From a virus, in the IMG/VR virus record IMGVR_UViG_3300010373_000007, positions 1 through 64,000 of that record: a DNA stretch of 64,000 nucleotides. One strand, written 5' to 3'. The translations under genes were made by a program, and so were the position numbers. Position 1 is the stretch's first letter; every line of letters starts with the position of its first letter. Below are positions 60,501-64,000 of this stretch, in pieces. Below the pieces are notes generated by a model that was not told where the DNA came from, made no database searches, and worked only from the letters and a program-made list of their open reading frames with translations.

Positions 60501-61231
60501 TTCCCACCCAAGTTACGCCCGAATAATCGCCGCTCGGCCTCTTCGAGGTCGCCGCCGGGCGCCGGCGCCGCGTGAACGCGCGCCTCGTTCGGGTCCTGGA
60601 GGTACCTCCCATCGCTGAGCCATGTGCGGACGTGCGGGTAGTGGAACCAATCGGCTTTCCACTCGGCCGACGCCTCCCAAAGCTTCCACGCGGCACCGAA
60701 CCTGGGGCGGCCAGCCTTCTCCCAGAACGTGCACGCCTTGTCCTTCGACCCCGTCCTGGCGGTCTGGCTCCACTCGGCCTCGAACTCCGCGGGGTAGCTC
60801 GTTCGGGGGAGCGTCGGCGCGCGCCTAGATCTCTTCGTTGTAGGGATCTGGATCTCTCTCTGATCCGGTCGGATCAAGACCAGATCGAGTACCCCGGATA
60901 GACCCCCCCCCAAAGCCCCCCCCCTTCCGGGGGAGGGCGCTATAGGTAGCGGGCTCCCGCGGGCCTGCCCGATACCTGTAGCGGGCGACCGAACCATCAG
61001 CCCGGCATTAGTAGCGGGCGGAATGACTTCACCCGCTATAGGTAGCGGGCTAGCGTTCTTTGGAATGGGGTCGCCCTTGCGCCAGATCGACCCCGCGCGG
61101 ACCGCCTGGTCGCTGGTCCAGCGGCTCTCGCACGCCTCGCAGACGTGGCGCCGCACGGGGGCCTTTCCAGGGACCGTTCGGATGGTCCCAGTGCGGTCGC
61201 TCCCGCAGACCGGGCAGGTCATTTGGTCCAT
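60497..61231 (-). CDS. replication-initiator-like protein (zinc ribbon + low-complexity linker + C-terminal domain)
   Basis: ATG 61231 (MDQMTCPVCGSDRTG..HVCEACESRW). P/G/A linker encoded by the repeat DNA. C-terminus FEAEWSQTAR..TFWEKAG..YPHVRTWLSDGRYLQ. ATGA-coupled to the primase-helicase. The upstream part of the 351-aa track ORF is shadow. Confidence 0.6.
   Translation of the reverse strand: MDQMTCPVCGSDRTGTIRTVPGKAPVRRHVCEACESRWTSDQAVRAGSIWRKGDPIPKNASPLPIAGEVIPPATNAGLMVRSPATGIGQARGSPLPIAPSPGRGGALGGGLSGVLDLVLIRPDQREIQIPTTKRSRRAPTLPRTSYPAEFEAEWSQTARTGSKDKACTFWEKAGRPRFGAAWKLWEASAEWKADWFHYPHVRTWLSDGRYLQDPNEARVHAAPAPGGDLEEAERRLFGRNLGGK
60828..61051. promoter_or_regulatory. candidate origin of replication (GATC cluster, C9 tracts, iterons)
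   Basis: Six GATC sites between 60828 and 60886. C9 tracts at 60903..60911 and 60916..60924. TAGCGGGC at 60947, 60979, 61012 and 61043. Perfect 17-bp direct repeat GCTATAGGTAGCGGGCT at 60939..60955 and 61035..61051. Confidence 0.45.
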
Positions 61232-61641
61232 GGCCCGACGTTCGGGGCGTGGTCGATGGCGCAACCGAATCCGGCGATCTCCATCGGCGACATGACGGCC
61301 CAGTCGCCGTCGTCGTGGTCCGGATCCTCCGCCGCAAGGGCGCTCACGACTCCAATCACGAAGTCGATGTTCGCGGCGTCGAGCGTGCTCAAGAGGACCT
61401 TCAGCCGGTCGATCTTCTTGGTCACCAGGCCGTGGCAGTCCTCGCAGACCGTCGCGAGCTGTTCGTCTCCGTACTCCCAGGGAGCCAGGTCCCGCAGGTA
61501 GAAGTTGTGGTGGACGTTCAGCGTCTTGTCGGTGGCTCGACAGAGCCGACACGCGAATCCGTCCCGCTGCATGATCTCCAGCCGCTTCCGCTGCCAGCGA
61601 GGATCCTTCAGGAGCGCGGCGTAGGCGTTACGCGATGCCAT
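61219..61641 (-). CDS. HNH endonuclease
   Basis: WQRKRLEIMQRDGFACRLCRATDKTLNVHHNFY..LATVCEDCH is the classical HNH (CxxC..HH..CxxCH) pattern. Confidence 0.75.
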   Translation of the reverse strand: MASRNAYAALLKDPRWQRKRLEIMQRDGFACRLCRATDKTLNVHHNFYLRDLAPWEYGDEQLATVCEDCHGLVTKKIDRLKVLLSTLDAANIDFVIGVVSALAAEDPDHDDGDWAVMSPMEIAGFGCAIDHAPNVGPWTK

Positions 61642-61798
61642 CGCGGTTCCCGTCCGGCGCCAGCGACTCCCACGCGCGGTCGATGAGCCGATCCAGCTCC
61701 TCGACGCGGGCGCTGCGCTCGGGGGTGAACTCCTCGCCGACGATCGCGTCTCGCTCGGCCTCCCAGGCGCAGATCCGGTCCCGAATGTCGTCGGGCAT
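61628..61798 (-). CDS. small hypothetical protein (below the ORF-track size cut-off)
   Basis: Read by hand: SD GGAGGCTGAG, then ATG 61798, MPDDIRDRICAWEAERDAIVGEEFTPERSARVEELDRLIDRAWESLAPDGNRDGIA, TAA at 61628..61630. High GC3. Confidence 0.45.
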   Translation of the reverse strand: MPDDIRDRICAWEAERDAIVGEEFTPERSARVEELDRLIDRAWESLAPDGNRDGIA

Positions 61799-61976
61799 CT
61801 CAGCCTCCGAACGCGAGAAAGCCGCTCTGCGGACCCCGCCCCGTCCGATTCACGATCGCTTGCTGAGGGCGACGGGATAGGACGAGGACCGCAGAACGGC
61901 TTTCAGGCGTGATCATGAGTTGTCGGCACCCTCAGCGTCAAGGACGTTACGCCGGACGAGCCACGAGGTCTAGGAC

Positions 61977-62180
61977 TTACGCCCGACCGCCCCCGCTGGC
62001 GCCCTTGGCGGCCTCCAGGAGGCAGCTCCGGCAGATGGCGAATCGGTGGAGGATCACGCAGTTGGACGGCTGCTCCACGAGGAGCTTCGCCGCCACGCGG
62101 ACCCGGTAGGTGTTGCAGACGTCGCAGCTCTGCCCCTCCCGCTTGCTGTGGCGGCGGGAGAGGAGCAGCAGGCGCGCCAT
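61977..62180 (-). CDS. small zinc-ribbon protein
   Basis: Start at internal ATG 62180 (TGATG overlap). 67 aa. CDVCNTY .. CRSC. Confidence 0.45.
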   Translation of the reverse strand: MARLLLLSRRHSKREGQSCDVCNTYRVRVAAKLLVEQPSNCVILHRFAICRSCLLEAAKGASGGGRA

Positions 62181-62632
62181 CAGCCGCCGAACGGGTCGGA
62201 CCCGCCCCCCATGGGATCGCCGTCGTCGTCGCCAGGCGTGCGCTCCCGCTTGAACGGGTCGTCGGTGGTGCCGGCCGCGGGCTCCGTGGGCTTCTCGGCG
62301 GGCTTGCGGCTCGACCCCTCGACCTCGAATTTGGCGGGGCGCAGGGCGGGGATCCAGACCTCGTAGCCGTCGACCTTGACGTCGTTCCGGCTCTTGTCCT
62401 GGAGCTTCTCGCTCTCGATCTTCCCCGTGAACTGGACCCGCTGCCCCACGCGGAGGTCGCGCTGCATGTCCCCGATCAAGATCCGATCGAAGCACTTCAT
62501 GTCCAATTCCGGTGGGTGCGGCGGCGAGTTCACCTTCAGCCTGACGGCGGCGAACTTCCCCGTGGGGGAGATGAACAGCCGCTTGATGGTCCCGACGATC
62601 CGGAAGCCGGCCCCCTCCTGCCAGGAGGCCAT
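62180..62632 (-). CDS. SSB-like OB-fold protein (tentative)
   Basis: Start at internal ATG 62632 (TGATG overlap). 150 aa. Beta-rich core (FRIVGTIKRLFISPTGKFAAVRLKV..RVQFTGKIESEKL). Disordered acidic tail ending GDDDGDPMGGGSDPFGG. Follows the exonuclease/annealase gene. Confidence 0.5.
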   Translation of the reverse strand: MASWQEGAGFRIVGTIKRLFISPTGKFAAVRLKVNSPPHPPELDMKCFDRILIGDMQRDLRVGQRVQFTGKIESEKLQDKSRNDVKVDGYEVWIPALRPAKFEVEGSSRKPAEKPTEPAAGTTDDPFKRERTPGDDDGDPMGGGSDPFGG

Positions 62633-64000
62633 CAGGCTTCGTCCCCGCCCAGCTCGGCCAGGCTGTAGAGGCCCATCGCGCGGCCAGGGTAGACGCGGCG
62701 GGCGAGCTGCGACGAGCAAGTCTTGTCGAGGAGTTCGGGGCGCCGCTTGTCCCAGTTGTTGCGCCGGTCCTTGTCGGGTTTCCCCGTCTTCGGGTCGATC
62801 GTCCAGTCGCGCGGGACGATCTCCAACTGGCAGAGGCCGGCGTTGACCGCGTCCTCGATGGTGTAGGTGTGGAAGATCGGCTCGGAGATCCCGCGGTGCT
62901 TCGTCCCCCATCGGGCGACCTTGTTCTTGTCGTCGCCCTCGGCCGGACACGGCAGGAACCATTCGCAATTGGGGTCGCTCTGGGCCAGGTGGCGGATCAG
63001 GTGGGCGTGGAGGGCCAGCTTCTCCTCGAAGTAGTGGAAGCAGTCGAGCGCCGCCAGGGCCGGAATCCCCAACTCCCGCCCGCGCGTGATGACGGCGTAC
63101 AGCGCCTCCTCCGTGGGGAACTTCCCGTAGAGGCCGGACTTCCACAGAACTCCAGCCATGTTGCGCGCCTGGCTGGCATTGACGGGCTCCAGGGCCAGCT
63201 CGAAGCGGGGCGCGATGACCTCCGGGACCACCACCGCCAGCGCGGTCGACTTGGCCGGCGCGGGCGCAGCGGGGGGCGTCGCAGCCGGAACTGCCGCCTG
63301 CGGGGCGATCGGCGCCGGCGTGGGGGATTCTGCCCCGGCGGCCTTCGGCGTCTCCTGAGCGCTCCCAGGCGCTCCGTCGCCCTCTTGCGTTAACTCGTTC
63401 GTCGCGGTCATCTCGTCCTCCTGCGGTGGTTGGTCGGGTTGCCGCCGGCGCTCCCGCGGGCGGTAGATCTCCTCGAAGTCGATCGGGGCGTCGAAGCGCA
63501 GCTCCACCAGCTTGCGGGCCAGGCGGATGTCGGCCTCGTTGGCGGCGATGGCGGCGGCGAGCTTGGCGGCGCTCCGGATGCCCGAGATCTGCCCGGCGAC
63601 GCCCGCCCGGCACCCCTCGAACAGGTGGCCCAGGCCCGGATAAGCCATCAGGAACCCGGTTGCCGATTTGGGGCCGACGCCGGGCGCACCCCGGATGTTG
63701 TCGGAGCTGTCGCCCACCAGTGCCAGCCAGTCGCCTAGGAGGTAGGGCGGGATCCCGAACTCGGCCATCACCTCGGCCTTCCCCCATGGGTCCGCGTAGC
63801 TGGAGCCGATGTGCGGGCGAATAACCCGCACGCCGTCCGTCGCCACCAGCTGGAGGAGGTCCTTGTCGGACGAGGCGATCCGGACAGGGTGGCCGGCGGC
63901 AACCGCCTTCTGGGTCGCGGTGGCGATGATGTCGTCCGCCTCGAAGCCGTCTACCCCCCATGTCGTGAATCCCTCATCGGCTAGCATCCGCTCCGTCTTG
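62632..64000 (-). CDS. 5'-3' exonuclease (FEN/Pol I 5'-nuclease type) fused in frame to a RecT-like annealase; 5' end outside the window
   Basis: GFEADDIIATAT, SSDKDLLQLV and DNIRGAPGVGPKSA (H3TH) mark a FEN-type nuclease. The frame is open to position 64000. A P/A/Q linker follows, then NMAGVLWKSGLYGKFPTEEALYAVITRGRELGIPALAALDCFHYFEEKLAL .. NNWDKRRPELLDKTCSSQLARRVYPGRAMGLY, resembling remembered RecT-family prophage recombinases. Confidence 0.8.
   Translation of the reverse strand, partial: KTERMLADEGFTTWGVDGFEADDIIATATQKAVAAGHPVRIASSDKDLLQLVATDGVRVIRPHIGSSYADPWGKAEVMAEFGIPPYLLGDWLALVGDSSDNIRGAPGVGPKSATGFLMAYPGLGHLFEGCRAGVAGQISGIRSAAKLAAAIAANEADIRLARKLVELRFDAPIDFEEIYRPRERRRQPDQPPQEDEMTATNELTQEGDGAPGSAQETPKAAGAESPTPAPIAPQAAVPAATPPAAPAPAKSTALAVVVPEVIAPRFELALEPVNASQARNMAGVLWKSGLYGKFPTEEALYAVITRGRELGIPALAALDCFHYFEEKLALHAHLIRHLAQSDPNCEWFLPCPAEGDDKNKVARWGTKHRGISEPIFHTYTIEDAVNAGLCQLEIVPRDWTIDPKTGKPDKDRRNNWDKRRPELLDKTCSSQLARRVYPGRAMGLYSLAELGGDEA

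Overview
High-GC window that is almost entirely coding, with roughly 95 of about 100 plausible genes on the minus strand. Read from 64000 down to 1, it looks like most of a contractile-tailed (myovirus-type) phage or prophage genome. The order is as follows. (1) A recombination module: a 5'-3' exonuclease fused in frame to a RecT-like annealase, then an SSB-like protein. (2) A replication module: a zinc-ribbon initiator-like gene carrying a GATC/iteron-rich candidate origin, then a TOPRIM primase / DnaB-like helicase. (3) A long accessory region: HNH nucleases, three lipoproteins plus a papain-like peptidase, Gp37/Gp68, ASCH-like, YkgJ-like, DUF932 and a double-HTH regulator. (4) A Dam-like and a split ParB-fused methyltransferase flanking a GH25 lysozyme. 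(5) A seven-gene coupled operon with two glycosyltransferase-like genes and DUF488. (6) A block that looks anti-restriction: pentapeptide-repeat protein, MazG-like, Lar-like. (7) About 15 small Cys-rich coupled ORFs, including a SLOG/DUF2493 protein. (8) Packaging and head genes: terS/terL, portal, MuF-like, DUF2213 scaffold, cement-like and DUF2184-type major capsid. (9) Connectors, sheath, tube, G/G-T chaperones with an A_AAA_AAA slippery site, and tape measure. (10) Baseplate (hub, gp25-like, internally duplicated J, gpI-like) and a fibre. Downstream of the fibre lie a small mixed-strand island and an operon of signal-peptide-bearing fibre-like and beta-helix proteins. I recognised no rRNA, tRNA, CRISPR array, integrase or transposase. 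All function calls rest on remembered family motifs and gene order, not on database searches. Many ORFs in the supplied track are high-GC shadow frames. I re-set starts where ATGA/GTGA/TGATG stop-start overlaps indicate translational coupling.
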